From the NCBI GenBank assembly GCA_964195545.1, contig CAXMQQ010000019.1, positions 23,581 through 87,580 of the forward strand: a stretch of DNA of 64,000 nt. Direction: 5' to 3'. The position numbers and the translations under genes are program-made. Source of the DNA: an uncultured Acidimicrobiia bacterium (GTDB lineage: Bacteria; Actinomycetota; Acidimicrobiia; Spongiisociales; UBA5794). The notes beneath the pieces are model-generated. The model made no database searches and was not told the DNA's origin. It saw only the letters and a program-made list of their open reading frames with translations. This document shows positions 55,935 through 64,000 of this stretch, piece by piece (positions within the stretch are counted from its first letter, which is position 1; every line of letters starts with the position of its first letter).

Positions 55935-56744
55935 ATGGACGATCCGGCGACCACTTCCGTAGAGCGGCCGGCATCCCGATCGGCGGGGGTCTTGCACCGC
56001 GTCGTTCGCATCGTTGGATGGACGAGCATCGTTGCAGGACTTCTCATTCTCGGCTTCGTCGTCCAGCAACTGTTCGTCACGACGTGGTTCGCTCAGCAGC
56101 ATCAGACCGCCCTGGCCGAAGAGGCGGAAGAGCACTTCGTCACGGCGGAGATCACCGAGGTCGAGTACGTACCGCCACTGTCAACCGGGACTTCGGGGGA
56201 GGGAACCGTTGATCCCGGGGGCACCGTCACGCCGGAGGGGGGTGGATCCGAGACCGACGAGGGAGCGCGGTTGATTCCGGAGGAGCGGACGCTTCTCGTC
56301 GAATCGGCGCCCGAGGCAGGGACCGCTTTCGCGGTCATCCGCATCCCTTCGATCGAGCGACTCGAGGATGGATGGGCGGTCGTCGAGGGAGTCGAACTCC
56401 GAAATCTCAAGAACGGTGCAGGTCACATGCCTCACACGCCGCTCCCGGGCATGCCGGGCAACTCCGTCATCTCGGGGCATCGGACCACGTACGGGGCGCC
56501 GTTTCACGAGATCGGCGATCTGGTACCGGGGGAGGTCATCGAAGTCGATACGGCCATAGGAACCCACACCTACGAGGTGCGCGAAATCATCATCGTTCAC
56601 CCAACGGACCTGTGGGTCACCGAACCTCGAGATGGGGCGTGGCTCACCCTCACAACGTGTCATCCGAAGTTCTCGGCGCGACAGCGACTGATCGTGTTCG
56701 CCGAACTCGTCGACGGTCCGAACTGGGAGGTGATCTACGCATGA
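55935..56744 (+). CDS. Class E sortase
   Basis: 269 aa. N-terminal TM helix, then ISGHRTTYGAPF, TLTTCHP (TLxTC) and a conserved Arg region. Confidence 0.88.
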   Translation: MDDPATTSVERPASRSAGVLHRVVRIVGWTSIVAGLLILGFVVQQLFVTTWFAQQHQTALAEEAEEHFVTAEITEVEYVPPLSTGTSGEGTVDPGGTVTPEGGGSETDEGARLIPEERTLLVESAPEAGTAFAVIRIPSIERLEDGWAVVEGVELRNLKNGAGHMPHTPLPGMPGNSVISGHRTTYGAPFHEIGDLVPGEVIEVDTAIGTHTYEVREIIIVHPTDLWVTEPRDGAWLTLTTCHPKFSARQRLIVFAELVDGPNWEVIYA

Positions 56745-56890
56745 AGCAATGGTTCATTGGACTGCCCGGCCCCATGGCGCTCAAGACCGTGATCGCTGTG
56801 GTGTTGGCCCTTGTGGCGCTCGTGGCACTCTTCTTCGTCTATGACTGGATCGGCTCCAGCATGCTTGACAGCGGTGGCACGATCGGATGA
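56741..56890 (+). CDS. Small membrane protein (49 aa), translationally coupled to sortase and trpG
   Basis: MKQWFIGLPGPMALKTVIAVVLALVALVALFFVYDWIGSSMLDSGGTIG*. ATGA overlaps at both ends. Confidence 0.5.
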   Translation: MKQWFIGLPGPMALKTVIAVVLALVALVALFFVYDWIGSSMLDSGGTIG

Positions 56891-57462
56891 AGGTCCTCAT
56901 CGTCGACAACTACGACTCGTTCACATACAACCTCGTTCAGTACTTCGGCGAACTGGGTACCGAGCCAGTGGTGATCAGAAACGATGAACTCTCCCCGCTC
57001 GAAGCAGCGAAACTGAAGCCAGATCGGCTCGTAATCTCCCCCGGTCCCGGCACACCCGAAGACACCGGGTATTCCGTGGAGTACCTCCACACACTCGGGT
57101 CAGAGATACCGACCCTCGGCGTCTGCCTCGGGCATCAGGCGATCGTCGCTGCCTTCGGCGGAACGATCGGTCGCGCTCCTGAGCCGAGACACGGCAAAAT
57201 ATCCGTTATCGACCACGACGGAGTGGGCCTGTTCGACGGTCTTCCTCCCGGGTTCGAGGCCACTCGCTATCACTCGCTCGCCGCCACGTATGTTCCGGAT
57301 ATTCTGGAGATCACGGCGACGTCGGAGGACGGTGTCATCCAGGGTGTCCGGCATCGCGAGCTAGCGATCGAAGGCGTCCAATTCCATCCAGAGTCGATAA
57401 TGACCGAGGTGGGCAAGGACCTCGTGGCGAACTTCATTCGCCAAGACTTCCTTGCTCGGTAG
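56887..57462 (+). CDS. trpG: Anthranilate/aminodeoxychorismate synthase glutamine amidotransferase component
   Basis: 191 aa. Starts MKVLIVDNYDSFTYNLVQY. Catalytic GVCLGHQ and FHPES motifs. Equivalent position to Rv0013. Confidence 0.9.
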   Translation: MKVLIVDNYDSFTYNLVQYFGELGTEPVVIRNDELSPLEAAKLKPDRLVISPGPGTPEDTGYSVEYLHTLGSEIPTLGVCLGHQAIVAAFGGTIGRAPEPRHGKISVIDHDGVGLFDGLPPGFEATRYHSLAATYVPDILEITATSEDGVIQGVRHRELAIEGVQFHPESIMTEVGKDLVANFIRQDFLAR

Positions 57463-57536
57463 CTGGTCGTCGGTAGTCAGTACTTGGTACGTCACTCACG
57501 GCATCGTCGTGGGCGGACCTCTTCGCCGGATACCGA

Positions 57537-58364
57537 TTACTCACTGATCCGGTATACGCCGGCCTCGTCGCGGCTTACCAACTGTTCCGACATGAGGTCT
57601 GCGAGGGCCATCTCCACTTGGGCTGTTGGGAAACCCGTCTGCTGGACGACACCGCTGAAGGTGGCGTCGCCTCTGACGAGGGACCGGACGATCGCACCGC
57701 GCAATTGTCGAGCAGACCCCTCGAAACGGCCTTGAGAGGAGGCCGAGGTGTAGGACGTTGGTCCGGAACACCAGTCCTTGACCGGACAGTCAGCGCAGTG
57801 GGGCATCTTCGAGACACACATCGTCGCCCCAAGATCCATCATGGCCTGGTTCCAATCTGCGGCGGGATCACCGAGAGCGACGACTGCAGCTGTATTGAGA
57901 GAGGCGCCGTTGAGCGACTCGCCGTGCCAGCGACTCAAGACACGTCGGAGGTTCGTGTCGACGGCCGGCACACTCGCGCCGAAGGCGAAAGATGCAACAG
58001 CCGCCGCTGTGTAGGGGCCGACGCCAGGGAGATCGACGAGCGTGGCCGGTGTCGTGGGCCATCCATTCGCCGCGATCCTTCTGGCTGCTTCGCGAAGACG
58101 AAGACCTCGGGAGTTGTATCCGAGACCCGTCCATAGAAGCAGAACGTCCTGGAGACTCGCGTCCGCCAACGACTTGACGGTCGGGAGTTCGGCCACGAAC
58201 CGGTTGTAGGAGGGGATCACTCGTGAGGCCTGGGTCTGCTGAAGCATCGTCTCTGACACAAGGATCCGATACGGATCGGTCTCTCCCCGCCAGGGGAACG
58301 ACCGTTGCTCCGTGCGATACCAGGCAAAGAGCGCCGCGTTCCGTTCCTCCTCGACGAGCGTCAT
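57537..58364 (-). CDS. HhH-GPD / [4Fe-4S] DNA glycosylase, MutY-like but lacking a NUDIX-type C-domain
   Basis: 275 aa. Contains PWRGETDPYRILVSETMLQQTQ, GLGYNSR, and cluster loop CVSKMPHCADCPVKDWC. Its start overlaps the pknB stop (TGATG). Confidence 0.78.
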   Translation of the reverse strand: MTLVEEERNAALFAWYRTEQRSFPWRGETDPYRILVSETMLQQTQASRVIPSYNRFVAELPTVKSLADASLQDVLLLWTGLGYNSRGLRLREAARRIAANGWPTTPATLVDLPGVGPYTAAAVASFAFGASVPAVDTNLRRVLSRWHGESLNGASLNTAAVVALGDPAADWNQAMMDLGATMCVSKMPHCADCPVKDWCSGPTSYTSASSQGRFEGSARQLRGAIVRSLVRGDATFSGVVQQTGFPTAQVEMALADLMSEQLVSRDEAGVYRISE

Positions 58365-60670
58365 CAGGGCGCTGCAGTGGTCGGCGTCGGTGGTGGGCCG
58401 GTGGACACGACGATGTCCACCGTCGAACCCTTGTCCACGGTGATGTTCTCGCCAGGAGTCTGAGATACCACGATCCCGACGGGGACGGTGGCGCTCGCCA
58501 CTTCGGTCTTGGTAGCGACGAGGCCGACACTGGCGATGGCAGCGGTTGCCTCCGCTTCAGACTTCCCGACGACTCCCGGCACTATGACCTGTTCGATTTC
58601 GCCGATGAAGACCGCCACTTGGCTACCGTCATTCACGGTCGTCCCCGGTGGTGGGTCCTGGTCTGCGACCAGGCCGATGTTGGGATCGCCGGGTTGAAGA
58701 GCGACGGGTCCCGCGACCAACACATCCACACCGTCCGCTGCACCGGCACTCGCTGCCTCAGTCTCGGTCATACCGGTGAAATCGCGCACGGCCACCTGCT
58801 TCAGAATACCAATCGTGATTCGCACCTCTGTACCGGAGTCAACCGTCTCGCCCGCGCCCGGATCCTGGGTGGCAACGCGACCTTCGAGTCCACTCGCCGC
58901 GGTTACTTCGGACGTCCCGTTCTCGACGAGCACGAGATTCGCACCTTCTGCTGCTGCGTTCGCCTCGCCGACTGTCTTGCCTTCGAGATTCGGAACCGTC
59001 GTCGGTTCGGGACCCTCAGATACCCACACGGTGATCGTGGTATCTCGGCCGACGACCCGCCCGGCCTCCGGGTCGGTCCTCGTCGTGAAACCGGCAGCGA
59101 TGTCCTGGGAGAACTCCTGGTCGGTTACGACGTTCGAGAACCCCTCTTGCGCTAGTTCGAGTTGGGCGGCCTCTGCAGACATGCCGGCGGTGTCCGGAAC
59201 TTCGAGAGAGAACGGGCCTTTGGAGACGACGAGATCGACGAGCGAATCGGCAGATGCAGGGGTGCCTCCCGACGGACTCTGGGAGATGACGGTCTGTTCC
59301 GGTACGTCCTCGGAGAGAGAGTACTCGACGAGTCCGACCTGGAAGCCTTGCGCCTTGATGAGCGCCCTGGCCACTTCTTCAGTATCGCCTATCACCTGAG
59401 GGACGGTGAATTGCTCGGTACCGGCGGACACGATCAGAGTCACGAATGACTCCTTTTCCACTTCGGTACCTGCGAGCGGGTCGGTGTCGATGACGATGCC
59501 CTGGGGAACTGTGTCGCTGTTCTCGAGACGGCTCAGCACTTTGAGGTCGAGATCCTGCAGCGTTCGGGACGCTGCCTCCGCTTCCACGAGTTTCAGATCC
59601 GGAACAGTCACCAGATCTGACGCGCCGCCCGCACCTGTGAAGAGGCGGAAGAGGATGAACACACCGACGGCCAGCAGCGCCAATAGGGCGATGACCGCGG
59701 CAACGTATGTGCCCTGACCGGTCGTGCTGTCTTCGGTTTGGTATGCAACGGCCCGAGCTGTCTCATCTGGCGGAACGGTTGCCGGTGGGGGCACGAGGGC
59801 TGTGGCCGCTGCCGCCGCCGCTGCACCGACGACGAGGGGCTGTCGCCCGGAGAGGAAGAGGAGGAGGTCGGAGCGCATGTCCGCAGCCGAGGCGTACCGA
59901 TCATCGGGAATCTTGGCCATCGACGCTTCTACGACGGCAGAGAGTTCCGGGGGGACGTCGGTGTTGAGTTGATAGGCAGTCGGGGCGTACTCCGAGACGT
60001 GCTGGTAGGCCACCGCCACGGGGCTCTCTCCCGTGAAAGGAGGTCGTGCGGTGAGCATCTCGTACAGCACGACACCGAGTGAGTAGACATCCGAACGGCC
60101 GTCGGCCGGCATTCCTTGAGCCTGTTCGGGGGAGAAGTAGGTCGCGGTACCGATGACGGCGCCGGTTCTCGTCAACTCCTCGGAGTCGTCGAGTGCTCGG
60201 GCGATTCCGAAATCGGTCACCTTCACTGCACCGTCGGCCGTGATCATGATGTTGCCGGGCTTGATGTCCCGGTGGACCACACCTGCCTGGTGCGCGACGG
60301 TCAGAGCTGCGGCGGTCTCAGCAGCTATCTCGGCGGCTCTCCTGGGGAACAGCGCACCTTCCGACTTGAGGATGTCGCGCAGTGTCCGACCCTCGATCAA
60401 CTCCATGACCATGTAGTAGGTCGAACCCTCTTGGCCCCAGTCGTAGATCGCCACGATGTTCGGATGGCTCAGGTTGGCCGCGGCCTGAGCCTCACGCTTG
60501 AAGCGCGTGACGAAGGCTTGATCGGAAGCGAAATTGGCATGCAGAACTTTCACCGCTACTCGTCGGTTGAGCAGGGTGTCGTCAGCCTCGAATACGTCGG
60601 CCATCCCGCCTCGTGCGAGGTGCGAGAGGATTCGGTATCGGTCGGAGAGAACGCGATCTTGCATGGGCAT
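58364..60670 (-). CDS. pknB: Ser/Thr protein kinase PknB with six PASTA repeats
   Basis: 768 aa. Motifs VAVKVL, HRDIKPGN, DFGIA and a TM helix. Six repeats begin VTVPDL, FTVPQV, LEVPDT, TTVPNL, VAVRDF and VIVPGV. Confidence 0.95.
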   Translation of the reverse strand: MPMQDRVLSDRYRILSHLARGGMADVFEADDTLLNRRVAVKVLHANFASDQAFVTRFKREAQAAANLSHPNIVAIYDWGQEGSTYYMVMELIEGRTLRDILKSEGALFPRRAAEIAAETAAALTVAHQAGVVHRDIKPGNIMITADGAVKVTDFGIARALDDSEELTRTGAVIGTATYFSPEQAQGMPADGRSDVYSLGVVLYEMLTARPPFTGESPVAVAYQHVSEYAPTAYQLNTDVPPELSAVVEASMAKIPDDRYASAADMRSDLLLFLSGRQPLVVGAAAAAAATALVPPPATVPPDETARAVAYQTEDSTTGQGTYVAAVIALLALLAVGVFILFRLFTGAGGASDLVTVPDLKLVEAEAASRTLQDLDLKVLSRLENSDTVPQGIVIDTDPLAGTEVEKESFVTLIVSAGTEQFTVPQVIGDTEEVARALIKAQGFQVGLVEYSLSEDVPEQTVISQSPSGGTPASADSLVDLVVSKGPFSLEVPDTAGMSAEAAQLELAQEGFSNVVTDQEFSQDIAAGFTTRTDPEAGRVVGRDTTITVWVSEGPEPTTVPNLEGKTVGEANAAAEGANLVLVENGTSEVTAASGLEGRVATQDPGAGETVDSGTEVRITIGILKQVAVRDFTGMTETEAASAGAADGVDVLVAGPVALQPGDPNIGLVADQDPPPGTTVNDGSQVAVFIGEIEQVIVPGVVGKSEAEATAAIASVGLVATKTEVASATVPVGIVVSQTPGENITVDKGSTVDIVVSTGPPPTPTTAAP

Positions 60671-60767
60671 GAACGATGGTACCGACGAGCAGGGCTATGA
60701 GTGGGTTACGAGGGACGATCCATGAGCTGTGAGGAAGTCCTGCCACCGAATACGGACTACGGAGTAC

Positions 60768-62231
60768 TCACTTCAGGTAGTTTTCGAACAGCCTCGCCGC
60801 TATCGGGGCTGCTACCGATCCGCCGGATGCCGTCTCACCTGCTGGACCACCGTCCTCGAGGACGATGGCGAGAGCGATTTGGCGTTCCCCCGGTTCCGGA
60901 TCAACGGGGGCGAACCCGATGAACCAGACATGTGGGGACGCCCCAGTCACCTCGGCGGTTCCGGTCTTGCCCGCAACGCGCACGCCGGGAACAGCGGCGT
61001 TGTGGCCCGTTCCCGACAGGACGACCTGTTCCATCAGGTCCGACAGGATGGCGGCCGTTGCCGGACTGATCGCCCGTCTCCAAAGGGTCGGCTCGGTCTC
61101 CGATTCGATCTTCCCATCGTGAGTGAACACGTCGCCGACGACGTACGGGATCATGATGTTCCCCTCGTTGGCAACGGCTGCGGCCACCAGAGCCATCTGC
61201 ATAGGGGTGGCACGCACGTCGCGTTGGCCGAGTGCGTTCTGGGCGGTCGCCGCGGGATCATCGAAGAAATCGGCGGCTTCGGGCATCGTGGAGGCAAGGA
61301 CGGGAAGGGCGTATGGGATCTCCTGGTTGAAACCGAAGGCTTCGGCGGTCTCGGTGAGAGCCTCGGCGCCGACCTGTATGCCGAGGGCCGCGAACGTCGT
61401 GTTGCAGGACCGGACGAACGCCTCGGCAAGCGTCACCGACTGTCCATCGCCGCACAAGCCGTCGTCGTAGTTGTGGATCGTCGACGATGTACCGGGGAGT
61501 TCGAGTGCCTCGGGGTCAGCGAACTCGGCAGCCGGTCCGGCGATGCCGGTCTCGAGCGCAGCGGCCGTTGTGATGACCTTGAACGTTGATCCTGGTGGAT
61601 ATGTGGTGGCGATCGTCCGGTGCAGGAGAGGGCTGTCCGGGTCTTCCTCCAGGGCCACTCCCGCAGGGCCGGCATCTGATCCGACAAGAGAGTTCGGATC
61701 GAACCCCGGGGTGGAGACACTCGCGAGAACGGCGCCGGTCGTTGGGTCGAGAGCGATGATCGACCCCCGTGAGTCTTCGAGGGCCAGAACGGCAGCCTGC
61801 TGAAGGTCATCGTCGAAGGTGAGACGAAGACCTCGGGGCCTGGGATCGCCGCCGAGAACGGCGTTCAAGACACCGGAGATCGTCGAGTCCCGGTGGGAGA
61901 CGAGGTCCCTCTCGCGTGTCCGTTCGAGGCCGCGGGATCCGAACAGGACGGAGACGTATCCGACGGTGTGGGCGTAGCGGTCGATGGTCGGGTACACACG
62001 GGTGAAGTTCTGTGGATCTTCGGGATTCTGATCGGAACGGCCTGCGACGACGGCATCGTCGGTGATGATCGCTCCCCGTTCCCTTCCGACTCGCCACGCC
62101 GACAGGCGAGGGTTACGCGGATCGTCGCGATATCCGGGACCGGCAACGGCCTGTATCCACGTTGTCGCGAGGATGAGAGCGACGAATCCGGCGAGAAGGG
62201 CCCACACAATTCGGCGAACAGGGGTGTTCAT
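60768..62231 (-). CDS. pbpA: Penicillin-binding protein A (class B transpeptidase)
   Basis: 487 aa. N-terminal TM helix, then STFK, SCN and KTGT motifs. Confidence 0.9.
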   Translation of the reverse strand: MNTPVRRIVWALLAGFVALILATTWIQAVAGPGYRDDPRNPRLSAWRVGRERGAIITDDAVVAGRSDQNPEDPQNFTRVYPTIDRYAHTVGYVSVLFGSRGLERTRERDLVSHRDSTISGVLNAVLGGDPRPRGLRLTFDDDLQQAAVLALEDSRGSIIALDPTTGAVLASVSTPGFDPNSLVGSDAGPAGVALEEDPDSPLLHRTIATTYPPGSTFKVITTAAALETGIAGPAAEFADPEALELPGTSSTIHNYDDGLCGDGQSVTLAEAFVRSCNTTFAALGIQVGAEALTETAEAFGFNQEIPYALPVLASTMPEAADFFDDPAATAQNALGQRDVRATPMQMALVAAAVANEGNIMIPYVVGDVFTHDGKIESETEPTLWRRAISPATAAILSDLMEQVVLSGTGHNAAVPGVRVAGKTGTAEVTGASPHVWFIGFAPVDPEPGERQIALAIVLEDGGPAGETASGGSVAAPIAARLFENYLK

Positions 62232-63523
62232 GTGCGCTCCTCATGAGAGATCCGGCCCAGAAGAGCCGCGATTGACGCCGAGGCGAGGAGGGAAGAGCCT
62301 CCGTATGACATGAATGGGAGGGTGATTCCGGTCAGGGGGAAGAGGCGAACGATTCCGGCGATGATCAGGAAGGACTGGAGACCGATGAGGATTGTGAGGC
62401 CTGCGGCGAGGTACTTCCTGAACCGGTCTCGTGATCTCAATGCGATGCCGAATCCAACGGCCACCAGGAACGCGTATCCGGTGATGACGGCGATTGATCC
62501 GGCGAGTCCGAGCTCCTCTGCGACTGCCGCGAACATGAAGTCGGTGGCTGCGGCCGGGATCAGATCGGGTCTGCCAAGGCCAAGACCGGATCCGGTCAGG
62601 CTCCCGCTTCCCATGGCGAACAGCCCCTGGGCCGTTTGGTATCCGGCTCCGGTGTAGTCGGCAAATGGGTCGATCCACGCCGATATACGGATCCGAACGT
62701 GAGAGAACATGGAGTACGCGGCGACTCCCGCAGCCGTGGTGAGAACGAGTCCCGTTCCGAGGTAGAAGGCCCGCCCGGTAGCGGCGTAGAGCATCCCGAT
62801 GAACAGTCCGAAGAGCAGCAACGATGCGCCGAGGTCTCGTTGGTATACGAGAACCGCGAACGCAATTGCTGCGGCGACGATGACCGGGCCGAGGTGGCGG
62901 GGTTCGGGGATTCTGAATAGACCAACCTTGCGCGAGACCGTTGACATTGCCTCGGAGCGATCTGCGAGGTACGAGGCGAGGAAGACGGTGAGGAGCACCT
63001 TCGCTATCTCACCGGGTTGAAAGGACAGTGCGCGGGCGCCGAACGGAAGGTCGATCCGTACCCAGAGGCGAGAGCCGTTGATCGTCGCCCCATGGATGGG
63101 CCAGGCATCCGGCAGGAGGGGCAGGAGGAGTAGCACCATCGCTGACGCGAGGAACAGATATCGGTAGCGGCGAAGCACGGCGACTCCGGATGACCGCAGC
63201 AGCCAAACGACCGACCCGCCGGCAACGCCTGCCAGCACGAGCCACCAGCGCTGCAGTGAGGCCAGTTCGGGATCGAGTCGGAAGACTTCGATGGAGCCGA
63301 TGGCAGCGAGGAAGGTAGCGATCGGAAGGATGAGCGGGTTGGCGTTCGGCGCCCAGAGGCGGAACGAGACGTGGAGGGCACCGAACGCGATTGCGAACGA
63401 TATGAAGGTCAGGGCGACGTTGGCGTCCAACCATCCGCCACCGGCGAACTCGACCATCGCCACCCCGACCGAAGCCAGCACCGTCCCGGCGAGGATGAAC
63501 ACCGCTTCGGTGTTTCGGGTCAT
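62228..63523 (-). CDS. rodA: SEDS-family peptidoglycan polymerase RodA/FtsW
   Basis: 431 aa polytopic membrane protein. C-terminal GITLPFMSYGGSS. 4-nt overlaps with both pbpA and pstP. Confidence 0.9.
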   Translation of the reverse strand: MTRNTEAVFILAGTVLASVGVAMVEFAGGGWLDANVALTFISFAIAFGALHVSFRLWAPNANPLILPIATFLAAIGSIEVFRLDPELASLQRWWLVLAGVAGGSVVWLLRSSGVAVLRRYRYLFLASAMVLLLLPLLPDAWPIHGATINGSRLWVRIDLPFGARALSFQPGEIAKVLLTVFLASYLADRSEAMSTVSRKVGLFRIPEPRHLGPVIVAAAIAFAVLVYQRDLGASLLLFGLFIGMLYAATGRAFYLGTGLVLTTAAGVAAYSMFSHVRIRISAWIDPFADYTGAGYQTAQGLFAMGSGSLTGSGLGLGRPDLIPAAATDFMFAAVAEELGLAGSIAVITGYAFLVAVGFGIALRSRDRFRKYLAAGLTILIGLQSFLIIAGIVRLFPLTGITLPFMSYGGSSLLASASIAALLGRISHEERT

Positions 63524-64000
63524 GCCCGGGCGTCGACGATGGCAACCGTGATGTTGTCAACTCCGCCGGCACTATTGGCGGCTTCGATGAGATTCCAGAC
63601 GGTCGCTTCGGAGTCATCTCCGGCTGTGACGATGCGGCGGATGCCGTCATCGTCCACCATGGAGGTGAGTCCGTCCGAGCAGAACAACAGGCGATCGCCC
63701 GCCTCCAAGGAGAGCGTCTTGCTGTCGACCTTGACGGGTCCGAGGCCCAACGTCCGGGTCACTAGATGACGCTGCGGATGCTTCGCGACGTCTTCGGGTT
63801 TGAGGTGGCCGAGGGCGACGAGTTCGGCCACCACGGTGTGATCGTTAGAAATCTGATTGAGTTCGCCTTCGTGGATCAGGTAGCAGCGGCTGTCGCCGAC
63901 GTGAGCCAGTTCAAGGGTTCCGTCATCGAGGAAACGACCAAGAGTCATCGTGGTGCCCATCCCAGAGAGTTCCTGCTGCTCCCGAACCCGTTCAAGGATG
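63520..64000 (-). CDS. pstP: PP2C-family Ser/Thr phosphatase, 3' part; gene continues past the right window edge
   Basis: ORF 63520..63960, and its frame stays open to the window end (...ILERVREQQELSGMGTTMTL...). Contains GDRLLFCSDGL and GGVDNITV. Terminates right after the catalytic domain. Confidence 0.9.
   Translation of the reverse strand, partial: ILERVREQQELSGMGTTMTLGRFLDDGTLELAHVGDSRCYLIHEGELNQISNDHTVVAELVALGHLKPEDVAKHPQRHLVTRTLGLGPVKVDSKTLSLEAGDRLLFCSDGLTSMVDDDGIRRIVTAGDDSEATVWNLIEAANSAGGVDNITVAIVDARA

Noticed and set aside
57463-57536. Similarity of ggtagtcagtac...gtacgtcactcac to the argG-argH palindrome
   Set aside because: The stem has a C-C mismatch and a bulge, and shares only about 10 nt with the palindrome. 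Probably chance.

Overview
High-GC actinobacterial chromosome segment centred on the replication origin. Gene order closely follows the Mycobacterium tuberculosis Rv3907c..Rv0018c neighbourhood: cca, ECF sigma/anti-sigma, trxB-trxA-cwlM, parB-parA-rsmG-jag-yidC-yidD-rnpA-rpmH | dnaA-dnaN-recF-DUF721-gyrB-gyrA-DUF3566, tRNA-Ile/tRNA-Ala, crgA, sortase, trpG, pknB-pbpA-rodA-pstP. The left third holds padR-ino1, nfo/pyrE, a Z-prenyl diphosphate synthase/hemolysin-III pair and an argCJB-argR-argGH cluster. About 10.8 kb of accessory cargo lies between the DUF3566 gene and tRNA-Ile: a cobalamin riboswitch with an ABC importer, VIT1, AI-2E, a CrtI-like oxidoreductase, MFS and PAP2. It ends in an integrase C-terminal remnant abutting the tRNA. 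I found no CRISPR array, intact mobile element or recognisable defence system. The features least explained by ordinary annotation are: (i) a 71-nt structured intergenic repeat present twice (27.2 kb and 43.1 kb); (ii) a PilT-like protein with all three catalytic ATPase signatures substituted, in a gene string with a deacetylase, a zinc-ribbon RNase HI and cca; (iii) a free-standing membrane pseudokinase where mycobacteria carry MviN/MurJ; (iv) a twin perfect palindrome operator in front of padR-ino1. All calls rest on hand translation, motif recognition and synteny recall. No searches were run. Many long ORFs in the track are antisense or alternate-frame artefacts typical of GC-rich DNA and are rejected.
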